From a virus, in IMG/VR virus record IMGVR_UViG_3300034105_002232: a DNA stretch of 64,000 nt; one strand, written 5' to 3'. Positions 38,976 to 46,816 of this stretch are shown one piece after another (position 1 is the stretch's first letter; each line of letters starts with the position of its first letter). The position numbers were made by a program, and so were the translations under genes. Below the pieces are notes generated by a model. That model did no database searches, had not been told where the DNA came from, and saw nothing but the letters and a program-made list of their open reading frames with translations.

Positions 38976-39362
38976 TCAAGGTGTGTCTTGATTGGATAGG
39001 TCAGCCCCATCCTTGAATGCTTGTTTTATATTCTTTTTAAAATCTTCTTGCTTACTACTATTTTCAATCCTGGCACGGCGATCATATTGTGATTCTGCGC
39101 TGTTAATATCGGAAGGAGGATAATAACGACCTATACCTTCCACGGTAGGTTCGGCTATACCAAACTTCTTTCTTAGATTGGATTGATCTGTTTGGCTACC
39201 CAAAGAATTAATACATTCCCGCACAATCAACTCGGCGAACTTTTGTTCAAACATTTCATTATAATACTTTGTAGACCATTCAGTAGGGTCTTGAGTGAGT
39301 TCTACTTTCGCAAAAGCATACTGCCTAGCCTGTTCAGCAAGTAGTCGAATTCGTTCGTTCAT
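38976..39362 (-). CDS. paralog-array member with C-terminal extension
   Basis: MNERIRLLAEQA...KFAELIVRECI...KKFGIAE. Confidence 0.75.
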   Translation of the reverse strand: MNERIRLLAEQARQYAFAKVELTQDPTEWSTKYYNEMFEQKFAELIVRECINSLGSQTDQSNLRKKFGIAEPTVEGIGRYYPPSDINSAESQYDRRARIENSSKQEDFKKNIKQAFKDGADLSNQDTP

Positions 39363-39457
39363 AGTCCAAGCCTTCCTAAAATATTGCCCAACCACATCAT
39401 TCCAACTCCAAGCATAATGGTGCCAACGATTAATATTTTGATTTCAGTTCTATTCAT
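39359..39457 (-). CDS. 32-aa single-TM micro-protein, not in ORF track
   Basis: MNRTEIKILIVGTIMLGVGMMWLGNILGRLGL; ATGA-coupled at both ends. Confidence 0.55.
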   Translation of the reverse strand: MNRTEIKILIVGTIMLGVGMMWLGNILGRLGL

Positions 39458-39672
39458 TCTTCTACTCCGAAATGTAATATACCACCTGTGCCGTTGTCAA
39501 AGTGTTGTTCAATACGCTGGGCATAATGGTCGCCTTCTTTGGTGCCATCCATTACAGCATTAGTACATTCAAATACGATCAACTCGGCGAACTTTTCTAT
39601 AATATCTTCAAAATCATCGCCATACTTATAAAACCCTGCTTGTTTAGCAAATTCTTTAATTCGTTCGTTCAT
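39454..39672 (-). CDS. paralog-array member
   Basis: MNERIKEFAKQA...KFAELIVFEC...HFGVEE. Confidence 0.75.
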   Translation of the reverse strand: MNERIKEFAKQAGFYKYGDDFEDIIEKFAELIVFECTNAVMDGTKEGDHYAQRIEQHFDNGTGGILHFGVEE

Positions 39673-39878
39673 CGCCATTCTCCTGATCTACGGATTTCTT
39701 CGTCAGTAAACTGTCCGCCCATACGGTCTGGATTCTCAATCCAATCACGGGTAGATTTAGTTTGGTCAATGACCATTTTAAGTTGCTGGATTTCTTTGTC
39801 TTTCATCGTCAACATGACCTTGGCCATCTCTAATCGTTCTTCAACGGGAAATGCCTCATTGTCTAAAATCTTGTTCAT
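39669..39878 (-). CDS. hypothetical protein (W..NPDRMGGQF), inserted in the array
   Basis: Coupled ORF. Confidence 0.65.
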   Translation of the reverse strand: MNKILDNEAFPVEERLEMAKVMLTMKDKEIQQLKMVIDQTKSTRDWIENPDRMGGQFTDEEIRRSGEWR

Positions 39879-40114
39879 TCTTCAACTCCGAAATGTTCTG
39901 CGATACGGTTGACTGCTAAATCAACATAATAAACACAATCCTCTGGTGTACTTGTATAACTGTCGCCTGCAACTTCCATACACTCACGCACAATCAACTG
40001 GGCGAACTTTTCTATATGTTCCTCTACCGCCAACTCATGACCTTTATAGTCAACTGGCATATATGCTCCAAGACCAGAGCGATCATATAGTGCTAGTAAA
40101 AGTCTTTTGTTCAT
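39875..40114 (-). CDS. paralog-array member
   Basis: KFAQLIVRECM...HFGVEE. Confidence 0.75.
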   Translation of the reverse strand: MNKRLLLALYDRSGLGAYMPVDYKGHELAVEEHIEKFAQLIVRECMEVAGDSYTSTPEDCVYYVDLAVNRIAEHFGVEE

Positions 40115-40323
40115 TCTTCAACTCCGAAATGTTCTTTAATCGCTTTGTGGATCATGTGACTTCTATCTGCTTTTTCCAAGTTATGTTGTCTAGCAAATTC
40201 AGCACATTCTCTAACAATCAACTCGGCGAACTTTTTACATTCTGGCATATCCCAGTGCCCAATACCAAACATATCTTTTTCGTACCCAGCCTGTTCAGCA
40301 AGTAGTCGAATTCGTTCGTTCAT
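40111..40323 (-). CDS. paralog-array member
   Basis: MNERIRLLAEQA...KFAELIVRECA...HFGVEE. Confidence 0.75.
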   Translation of the reverse strand: MNERIRLLAEQAGYEKDMFGIGHWDMPECKKFAELIVRECAEFARQHNLEKADRSHMIHKAIKEHFGVEE

Positions 40324-40550
40324 TCTTCAACTCCAAAATGTCGTGCTATTGCTAATCCTACCCACGCTACACCTGTTTTTTCTTTATTATCATCAAGCAT
40401 AGCATCTACTTTATCAACCTGTGCCAAGCATTCCTTAACAATCAACTCGGCGAACTTTTGTGCATCAAAATGTAGATGCCCATCAATCAGTACTCCGTTG
40501 ACGTAATGGCTCCAGCATTGCTTTTCAAATTCTCGAATTTGTTCGTTCAT
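40320..40550 (-). CDS. paralog-array member
   Basis: MNEQIREF...KFAELIVKECL...HFGVEE. Confidence 0.75.
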   Translation of the reverse strand: MNEQIREFEKQCWSHYVNGVLIDGHLHFDAQKFAELIVKECLAQVDKVDAMLDDNKEKTGVAWVGLAIARHFGVEE

Positions 40551-40810
40551 TCTTTTTCTCCTACCTGGATATTGATCCCAAAATGCTTCTTGATTGCATC
40601 AGCATACTCATGCCCAGTCCTGGCAGTCTTGTTCTTCCTGATCACAATACAGGCTTCTAACAACAACAGGTGAGCCAGAACCTCTGCGTACAATGTTACA
40701 TCTGTATATATTCCAAAAGGACAATATATCTTACCATCTCTACCAGGGTACACCAATTTGGATTGCCGTAGTAGTTGCAATATGTGTTTGTTAATATCTG
40801 ACATGATCAA
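40547..40810 (-). CDS. paralog-array member (diverged)
   Basis: LAHLLLLEAC...AIKKHFGI. Confidence 0.6.
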   Translation of the reverse strand: MIMSDINKHILQLLRQSKLVYPGRDGKIYCPFGIYTDVTLYAEVLAHLLLLEACIVIRKNKTARTGHEYADAIKKHFGINIQVGEKE

Positions 40811-41646
40811 ACCTCTAGGTATTTAAGTTGAAAATGATCTGCCTGCTCTTCCTGTCCATCGTAACCCCTGGGATTACATACCACACGGCAAGTACCAATC
40901 ATGTAATCAAACTCGTGATGGGTATGACCGTGTGTCCATAGCTTGATATTGCGATTATCTAAGATAAACTCATCTAGATTGGTACTGTAGGCTCCGTTCA
41001 TGATGTGCTCATGTTTGTAGCGAGGATGCGTACTGGCCTTGCTGGGGGCGTGATGCCCCACCACCACGGTCTTCTGTGTGGGATACACTGCCAGTACCTT
41101 TCTGAGTACCTCCAAGAACTTCTTGTGATCCTGTACAGAGTCTTCAGGCAAGAATTTTCTAGTATAGAACCCTTCACGCTTGGTGGTATTCTTCACAGAT
41201 TGATAGTCATTCATCATGAAACGAATCTGTTGCATAGTAACAGGATCTTCACCGTTCATGTCTGTCCACAGTGTACCACCATAAAACAACACACCGTTGA
41301 TGATACGCCATTCTTTGTCTAAAAAATGTACATTGTGCAAGTCACCAAAGGTGCCACGAATCGTTTTGGCAGTAGCGGCATAGTCACCGTGGTAGTGTTC
41401 GTGATTGCCCATGATCAAGATCACCTGCGGGAATCGTTTACTGCAACGTTCAACAAAATCAAAATAACGGCGAGCACGTAGATTCATACGAGTGGGCATC
41501 AACACATCATTAAATGGTTCAAGATAGTTTAAGTCTTCAACCACAAAGATATCACCACCCAGGATCAAAACATCCGCATCTTGATCATTGACCAGATCAA
41601 GATCACCAAATTCCAAATGCAAATCACTGCACACTGCAATTTTCAT
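40807..41646 (-). CDS. calcineurin-like metallophosphoesterase
   Basis: SDLHLE, GDI, GNHE, HHAP, HGHTH. Confidence 0.9.
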   Translation of the reverse strand: MKIAVCSDLHLEFGDLDLVNDQDADVLILGGDIFVVEDLNYLEPFNDVLMPTRMNLRARRYFDFVERCSKRFPQVILIMGNHEHYHGDYAATAKTIRGTFGDLHNVHFLDKEWRIINGVLFYGGTLWTDMNGEDPVTMQQIRFMMNDYQSVKNTTKREGFYTRKFLPEDSVQDHKKFLEVLRKVLAVYPTQKTVVVGHHAPSKASTHPRYKHEHIMNGAYSTNLDEFILDNRNIKLWTHGHTHHEFDYMIGTCRVVCNPRGYDGQEEQADHFQLKYLEV

Positions 41647-41647
41647 A

Positions 41648-41836
41648 TCATTTCCATTTTAGTGCAAAATGCGATGCTGCTGCATTACTGGTGAATCCAA
41701 AGGTATAAATGGCACGTATATGTGTATCCATGTCCAACTGCCAATCGTAATCTTGACTTTGTAACCACGTGGCTGCTTGTGTAGCAGCATCAGTTCCGGT
41801 AATTGTTATTTTATACATATACACATTATAACACAC
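41648..41836 (-). CDS. small hypothetical protein (F.LKW C-terminus)
   Basis: ORF track; true start probably the downstream Met. Confidence 0.5.
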   Translation of the reverse strand: MCYNVYMYKITITGTDAATQAATWLQSQDYDWQLDMDTHIRAIYTFGFTSNAAASHFALKWK

Positions 41837-41850
41837 TTACAATTTTAGGT

Positions 41851-42294
41851 CTACTTGTTTTTGAGGATGTCAAATATCCGTTGTTGTTCCAACAACTTTT
41901 GTTCCAGTGCTCGATACTGGTCGCCTAGTGTTTTCAGTTGCTGGTAGTCTTGTTCCAGTGCTGGATTGGGTTCAAGCATGCCCAGTCGGGATTCTACTGC
42001 GGTCAACCAGTCGGACAAGTTCCTGCCTTGCAGTATCACGTTGCCTTCAAATTCTGCTGTTCCGCTGACCTTGAGTGATCCTGGGTTTAGATCAGTGAGA
42101 TTTGTGTTCCATGATGTGCCTTGGTTTGCCCAGACTGAACTAGGTATGGTAGTACCACCACCTTTTATAGCATATGTAGGACTCAGCGGCGCAGTTACTG
42201 ATCGGGCCGGTCCTTGCGGGATAGCAACATCGTCGACAATTATTGGCACTATACCGTCCCATGTAGATGTACTGCGTTTTGATGGTGCGGACAT
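41851..42294 (-). CDS. hypothetical phage protein
   Basis: Start refined to MSAPSK. Confidence 0.65.
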   Translation of the reverse strand: MSAPSKRSTSTWDGIVPIIVDDVAIPQGPARSVTAPLSPTYAIKGGGTTIPSSVWANQGTSWNTNLTDLNPGSLKVSGTAEFEGNVILQGRNLSDWLTAVESRLGMLEPNPALEQDYQQLKTLGDQYRALEQKLLEQQRIFDILKNK

Positions 42295-42485
42295 GTTGTA
42301 GTTTCTGTCAATTTTGTATTTTTTATTTGTTTGTGCATAATGATTATATTGTAAACATAAATATAACAGTAATGTATTTATTTGCGGATATATCATGTAA
42401 AATTTAGATTATTAGCAGGTGTAATTGTACTAAGAATTACTGATTACGAGAATAAATAGTTAAAATACGTTAATAGGAATTAAAA

Positions 42486-42830
42486 ATGATAGAGCTAATT
42501 GATACCTTTATAAAACCAGATTCAGCTGAATGGTATGAATATGCTAGTCCACAAGGGTTAGCGGATATTAAAATAATAGAGGCAGCAATTGATAATTTTA
42601 TCTCTCTTTCTTTGGGAGAATCCCGGATAAAGATGTACAACGGTAATACAGGCACCGCTACCATTGTTCTTGCAGATTGGGATAGAGAAAACGAATGGTA
42701 CAATTATGTAGACGAGAACCCAGATTTCTTAAATAGTCTAATAAATTGGTTGGTGTACAATAGAGATAACGGGATCAGTCAAAGTGAGTCACAGCAAAGA
42801 TTGCTAGATGAACATGTTGACCATGGTTAA
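42486..42830 (+). CDS. hypothetical protein
   Basis: AGGA RBS and TAAATA upstream. Confidence 0.6.
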   Translation: MIELIDTFIKPDSAEWYEYASPQGLADIKIIEAAIDNFISLSLGESRIKMYNGNTGTATIVLADWDRENEWYNYVDENPDFLNSLINWLVYNRDNGISQSESQQRLLDEHVDHG

Positions 42831-42847
42831 AAATTACTAAGTGATTT

Positions 42848-42921
42848 TGGTTGCAGGACCAGGAATCGAACCTGGGACTGTAGCTTATGAGACTACCGTT
42901 TTACCGCTTCACTATCCTGCG
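42848..42921 (-). tRNA. tRNA-Met(CAU), initiator-like C1xA72 mismatch
   Basis: Cloverleaf, CTCATAA loop, TTCGATT, encoded CCA. Confidence 0.88.
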
Positions 42922-42967
42922 ATTGTTCTTACACCAATTTAAAACGCTTTAATACTTGTTCGATTCT

Positions 42968-43162
42968 TTAAATGGAATTACTGGCACGCTTGGCCTCTTT
43001 TGCATTGTAATGCTCCTCAATTGCTAGTATTGCCCAGGCCACCAATGCAGACATATTGGCATACACCGCAGCCGGGTTATCTGCGCCGTAGCAGACAATC
43101 AAGTTAAACACAGTGATGATGCAAATAGTGGCCGGGAACCATCGTTTGAAAAATATAATCAT
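42968..43162 (-). CDS. small two-TM membrane protein
   Basis: Start refined to MIIFFK (the longer ORF overlaps tRNA-Trp); AGGAG RBS. Confidence 0.6.
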   Translation of the reverse strand: MIIFFKRWFPATICIITVFNLIVCYGADNPAAVYANMSALVAWAILAIEEHYNAKEAKRASNSI

Positions 43163-43186
43163 TGCCAACTCCTTGATAGAAAAATA

Positions 43187-43260
43187 TGGCTCCGGTGGAG
43201 AGAATCGAACTCCCACCAGCGGTTTTGGAGACCGCTGCGCTGCCATTACGCCACACCGGA
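43187..43260 (-). tRNA. tRNA-Trp(CCA)
   Basis: Cloverleaf, CTCCAAA loop, G73, CCA end. Confidence 0.92.
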
Positions 43261-43274
43261 ATTTACTGTACTAA

Positions 43275-43514
43275 TTACTTTTGAAGAACTTTGTTCAGTC
43301 GTTGAACGCTCTCGTCAATCTGCTCTTCCAGTTTCAATTGATTCAGCATGGCTCGATACATGGTCCAGATCAAGCATACAATTACACCTGCTGCAAAGAC
43401 CCACATGAACATTTCAGGATTGAGTTGAAACAACATAACGGTCAATGCTGGGGAAACGATACACAATGCAAAAAATCCAGCTGTACGTGCTGCTGCACGA
43501 ATTCGTATATCCAT
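43275..43514 (-). CDS. two-TM membrane protein
   Basis: Hydrophobic ORF with AGGAG RBS. Confidence 0.65.
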   Translation of the reverse strand: MDIRIRAAARTAGFFALCIVSPALTVMLFQLNPEMFMWVFAAGVIVCLIWTMYRAMLNQLKLEEQIDESVQRLNKVLQK

Positions 43515-43536
43515 TCTGTTACTCCTTGATAAAAAA

Positions 43537-43713
43537 TTATTTTAGTTTACGCAAATACTCGATACCATACAGGCCTTTTTCAAATTCATTGAGTGCTGTT
43601 ACACAATCACGGTTGGCAGTACCCACAGTACTTTTGTGTCCGTTACGCAATTCGCGTACTCTGACACTGGCCATCAGTACTAAATTAAATCTATTTTCAA
43701 TTGGTTTATGCAT
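43537..43713 (-). CDS. rpoZ: RNA polymerase omega-subunit-like protein (58 aa), not in ORF track
   Basis: IENRFNLVLMASVRVRELRNG...VTALNEFEKGL matches the RpoZ pattern NRFxLVLxAxxRAR.L..G...ALxEIxxG. Confidence 0.72.
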   Translation of the reverse strand: MHKPIENRFNLVLMASVRVRELRNGHKSTVGTANRDCVTALNEFEKGLYGIEYLRKLK

Positions 43714-43763
43714 ATTTCTTTCATGTGTGTTTGCTTACTTAGCTAACGAACTTGTATTTAAGG

Positions 43764-44093
43764 TCAATGAAAACTTCCCTGAAAACAATGCCGCATTTCG
43801 TGTCCAATTTCATGCATGGTGCTGTGTTGTCCGGTTATCACAATGCATGAATTGCCTTCCCAAAACGAGCAAGCATCTACACCAAATCCAAACCCACCAA
43901 GCCCACGACGTCGACTTTCTGCTTCGCAAGCCTTTTGCACGTTATCGGCAACAACCCATTTTATTGTGCTGGTGTTGGTAAAATTCTTGTTGGTGTTAAA
44001 TCGTGCTTCGGGATCTTTCCACGATCCCGCAAAACTTGAAGTTGCAAAAATAGCAATTACAACAAAAGCAATAACGTTTTTCATAGTCAACAC
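43764..44093 (-). CDS. secreted protein with HExxH zinc-peptidase-like motif
   Basis: Signal peptide; HEIGHEMRHC. Confidence 0.6.
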   Translation of the reverse strand: MLTMKNVIAFVVIAIFATSSFAGSWKDPEARFNTNKNFTNTSTIKWVVADNVQKACEAESRRRGLGGFGFGVDACSFWEGNSCIVITGQHSTMHEIGHEMRHCFQGSFH

Positions 44094-44114
44094 CTTATTA
44101 ATTACTGTACAACT

Positions 44115-44143
44115 ATTATAGCAAAATGGGTATTTAAAGTCAA
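44115..44143 (-). promoter_or_regulatory. sigma70 promoter
   Basis: TTGACT-17-TATAAT with TG extension. Confidence 0.75.
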
Positions 44144-44427
44144 CCTGATTTTTCGTTGCTATCTTTGTAATACTTTTGCTGCTTGTGCTTGCGTTCCTGC
44201 ATGGTTTCTTGGCCCAGGGCTCGTCGCGGATTCATGCACATGTAACATCGGGGATCACCGCAGTTCAGTATTGCGGTTTTGTGGTTTCTATGTGGCTGTT
44301 CAATGTATTTCCACTTGGTGCCTTGATGCATGGCATAGGATTTGGCAATACCAACTTGGCGTTGTATCTTGGTTTCGTCGTTGAATCTACGACGACTGTT
44401 GCGAAACTTATCTTCCTCATGAGACAT
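44140..44427 (-). CDS. basic hypothetical protein with CGxxxCxMC motif
   Basis: Start refined to MSHEED (the longer ORF overlaps tRNA-Ser); AGGAG RBS. Confidence 0.7.
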   Translation of the reverse strand: MSHEEDKFRNSRRRFNDETKIQRQVGIAKSYAMHQGTKWKYIEQPHRNHKTAILNCGDPRCYMCMNPRRALGQETMQERKHKQQKYYKDSNEKSG

Positions 44428-44443
44428 AGCTTGCTCCTTAAAT

Positions 44444-44533
44444 TGGCGGAAGCGGTGAGATTCGAACTCACGGACCCATCTCTGAATCACTAGTTTTCAA
44501 GACTAGAGCAATCGTCCACTCTGCCACACTTCC
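44444..44533 (-). tRNA. tRNA-Ser(UGA)
   Basis: Long variable arm, CTTGAAA loop, G73, CCA. Confidence 0.92.
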
Positions 44534-44551
44534 TTGCATTACTATTTAACC

Positions 44552-44629
44552 TGGAGCAACGGGCGTGATTCGAACACGCGGTTTTAGGGATTTGCAGTCC
44601 CTTGCATTGGGCCGCTCTGCCACCGTTGC
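44552..44629 (-). tRNA. tRNA-Cys(GCA)
   Basis: CTGCAAA loop, U73, CCA. Confidence 0.92.
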
Positions 44630-44639
44630 ATAAACTTTT

Positions 44640-44714
44640 TGGTCCGGCTAGCAGGAATCGAACCCACATTAAAGGAGTAGAAATCCTCTGTATTATCCAT
44701 TATACTATAGCCAG
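44640..44714 (-). tRNA. tRNA-Arg(UCU)
   Basis: TTTCTAC loop, cloverleaf, CCA. Confidence 0.88.
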
Positions 44715-45052
44715 ACTAAACCTGCATGTACTTCGGCGTGACAATTAGCACACAATAAAGTACATTTATTAATTTCTTTTCTTAACTGCTCTATAGGAGC
44801 ACCTCTTTTACCACTAATACCAAATTCTTTTATTGATGGATCAATGTGGTGCCACTGTAATGCCGCAAAAGATTTATCATACTTGCATCTTTCGCACTTG
44901 CCGCCACGCTCAATAATTAACTGGTCTAATTTATCTCTAGCAACTTTATAGGTTCGTTTATTCCAGCATTTTTTGCATTGATAACGATACCCCTTTGCAT
45001 AGAAATGCGATGCTCCTTCGATGCCGCAATCTTTACAGACATACTCTTTCAT
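44705..45052 (-). CDS. HNH endonuclease (free-standing, homing-type) in the tRNA cluster
   Basis: CKDC..CKKC, GGKCERC..ALQWHH.DP...C.LLCANCHAEVH; start refined to MKEYVC. Confidence 0.85.
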   Translation of the reverse strand: MKEYVCKDCGIEGASHFYAKGYRYQCKKCWNKRTYKVARDKLDQLIIERGGKCERCKYDKSFAALQWHHIDPSIKEFGISGKRGAPIEQLRKEINKCTLLCANCHAEVHAGLVWL

Positions 45053-45062
45053 TTTGCTCTCC

Positions 45063-45087
45063 TGGTTAGAGTATTTATCTCTAACCA
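45063..45087 (-). promoter_or_regulatory. hairpin with late-promoter loop abutting the HNH RBS
   Basis: TGGTTAGAG-ATAAATA-CTCTAACCA followed directly by GGAG. Confidence 0.65.
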
Positions 45088-45094
45088 AAGATCA

Positions 45095-45171
45095 TGGTGG
45101 GCCGGGTGAGACTCGAACTCACTGTCACCCGATTATGAGTCGGACGCTTATACCAGTTAAGCTTCCGGCCC
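45095..45171 (-). tRNA. tRNA-CAU, probably Ile2 (lysidine type)
   Basis: GGGCC 5' end, CCGAC-TCATAA-TCGG arm, CCA. Confidence 0.85.
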
Positions 45172-45224
45172 ACGAGTGCCCGCTTGATTACTAGAACTTA
45201 ATCTAGACCGCGCTACACAAAACT

Positions 45225-45307
45225 TGGTACCCGGAGCCGGACTTGAACCGGCACGCCATGAGCGGGAGATTTTAAGTCTCCTGTGTCTACCATTCCACCA
45301 CCCGGGC
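45225..45307 (-). tRNA. tRNA-Leu(UAA)
   Basis: CTTAAAA loop, variable arm, CCA. Confidence 0.92.
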
Positions 45308-45322
45308 AAAACTTTTAAAACT

Positions 45323-45396
45323 TGGTGCCCCTTGACAGAATCGAACTGCCAATTGATGATTACAAATCAACTGTTATACCATTTAACTAAAAGGGC
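45323..45396 (-). tRNA. tRNA-Thr(UGU)
   Basis: TTTGTAA loop, CCA. Confidence 0.9.
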
Positions 45397-45402
45397 AAAT
45401 CT

Positions 45403-45490
45403 TGGCGGAGAGTATAGGAATCGAACCTATCCACCGGTTACCCAGTGACAGTTTAGCAAACTGTTGCCTTAACCGCTCGGCCAACTCTCC
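45403..45490 (-). tRNA. tRNA-Ser(GCU)
   Basis: TTGCTAA loop, long variable arm, G73, CCA. Confidence 0.92.
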
Positions 45491-45502
45491 TAACTTGTTA
45501 CT

Positions 45503-45531
45503 ATTATATAGTGTAGTACCTTTAATGTCAA
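45503..45531 (-). promoter_or_regulatory. consensus sigma70 promoter of the tRNA operon
   Basis: TTGACA-17-TATAAT. Confidence 0.8.
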
Positions 45532-46241
45532 GCAGTTTGTATATATGGATAGATTCTACGTAAGTCTTTACCAGCTAGACTCACTAGCTCATCTTTCTGA
45601 GTGCTTCTGTTAACGGCTAAACACGGGTGTATAACGGTTCCAGATTTTAGGGTCAATCCTTCTCCAAACACTTGACAGCTAAGACCCACATAAACATTAT
45701 CTTCTAATGTGTTATAAACGTGAATACCTGCTTGCCGTTGTATTATACAATTTTTTCCAATAATGTTATGATGTCCAATTGCTGCATATGAAAAAATACC
45801 AGTAAAATCTCCAATGGTGTTATATCCAGAAATATAAACAAAAGAATCAATCAAAACATTTTTTCCAATAGAAACTGTTTTATGTACACAGGCAGTAGGA
45901 TCAACCACTGATATACATTCTAAATTATACATTTCTATCAGGTCTATGAACTTTTTTTTCTTTTGTCTATCCCTGGCTTGAATTGGATTTTTTTCACTGG
46001 TCCAGTTTACTACTAAAAAAAAGTTAAAGTTTGATTTGTAAAATTCAAGTAAATTACTATCTTTAAAATTCTCTTCTGTATCAATGACACTAATACCTTC
46101 AATGTTGTTGGTATTACCGTAATAATCATTGTCTATCAGACCGTGTACCTTGATATCTAATTTTTCAAATAGATCTTTATAATACCACAAAGCTGCATTA
46201 GATCCTAAAAATATTACAGGTTTACTATTATCGTTAATCAT
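45528..46241 (-). CDS. NeuD/PglD-like hexapeptide-repeat O-acetyltransferase
   Basis: N-terminal Rossmann-like domain, VDPTA.V...IG, IGH...IG left-handed beta-helix. Confidence 0.8.
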   Translation of the reverse strand: MINDNSKPVIFLGSNAALWYYKDLFEKLDIKVHGLIDNDYYGNTNNIEGISVIDTEENFKDSNLLEFYKSNFNFFLVVNWTSEKNPIQARDRQKKKKFIDLIEMYNLECISVVDPTACVHKTVSIGKNVLIDSFVYISGYNTIGDFTGIFSYAAIGHHNIIGKNCIIQRQAGIHVYNTLEDNVYVGLSCQVFGEGLTLKSGTVIHPCLAVNRSTQKDELVSLAGKDLRRIYPYIQTA

Positions 46242-46816
46242 TGATTAATAAAATAAGGTTTAAAAAAATTAACAGTTTCTTGCCAAGACGAAAAGGTAGA
46301 TGATTGAAATCTAAGACTAAACGTCCATCTATGTTGATTGCTATTATTTAAAATTCTATGAGGAATTGCTGCATTAATTAATGTTGGTTTTAAAATTTGA
46401 CAACGTTCAATTTCAGTTACTTCGTTGTCATCCCATTGCTGATATTCCATGTTGCTAAAATTCTTTTTAGATTGCGTAATCATGTCATGATTATTGGGCT
46501 GGTACCAAATCATATATGAATCTAGCCCACTTAATACCCAATTAACACCAATTTGGTTAGTACCAGGTGGCCCATCACGATGTATAATGCTGTTCATGTT
46601 GGGTGGACCACAAAAAAGATGACAATTGTTAATTTTTAATTTATGTTCGGCCGCCCAGTGTTGTATATCTAGATGCACTACTTCCAAATTTTTATCTTCA
46701 ACATAATGCCAGAGATACCATTTTTGTTGGTCAAAATTTTCTTGCTCGAGCGCAGGAAAAACAAAATTGTCTTTTAACGGATTAGTAAAAAAGTTCAATT
46801 CATGATAATTTTTCAT
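46238..46816 (-). CDS. cupin / 2OG-Fe(II)-oxygenase-like protein
   Basis: IHRD...PHRI...R facial-triad-like motif. Confidence 0.5.
   Translation of the reverse strand: MKNYHELNFFTNPLKDNFVFPALEQENFDQQKWYLWHYVEDKNLEVVHLDIQHWAAEHKLKINNCHLFCGPPNMNSIIHRDGPPGTNQIGVNWVLSGLDSYMIWYQPNNHDMITQSKKNFSNMEYQQWDDNEVTEIERCQILKPTLINAAIPHRILNNSNQHRWTFSLRFQSSTFSSWQETVNFFKPYFINQ

Noticed and set aside
38740-40810. CRISPR array interpretation of the recurring 20-36-nt repeats
   Set aside because: The repeats are in-frame coding blocks of three different types with irregular spacing; there is no leader and no cas gene.
45172-45224. Possible theta/HDV-like ribozyme in the tRNA-Leu trailer
   Set aside because: Only short competing stems (CTAGA/TCTAG, GATTA/TAATC); I could not build the nested double pseudoknot.
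45224-45448. Plus-strand 74-aa ORF, and the ORFs or ORF extensions at 42968..43246, 44140..44490 and 62556..62750
   Set aside because: They are antisense to, or overlap, tRNA and tmRNA genes; true starts were reassigned downstream where an RBS exists.
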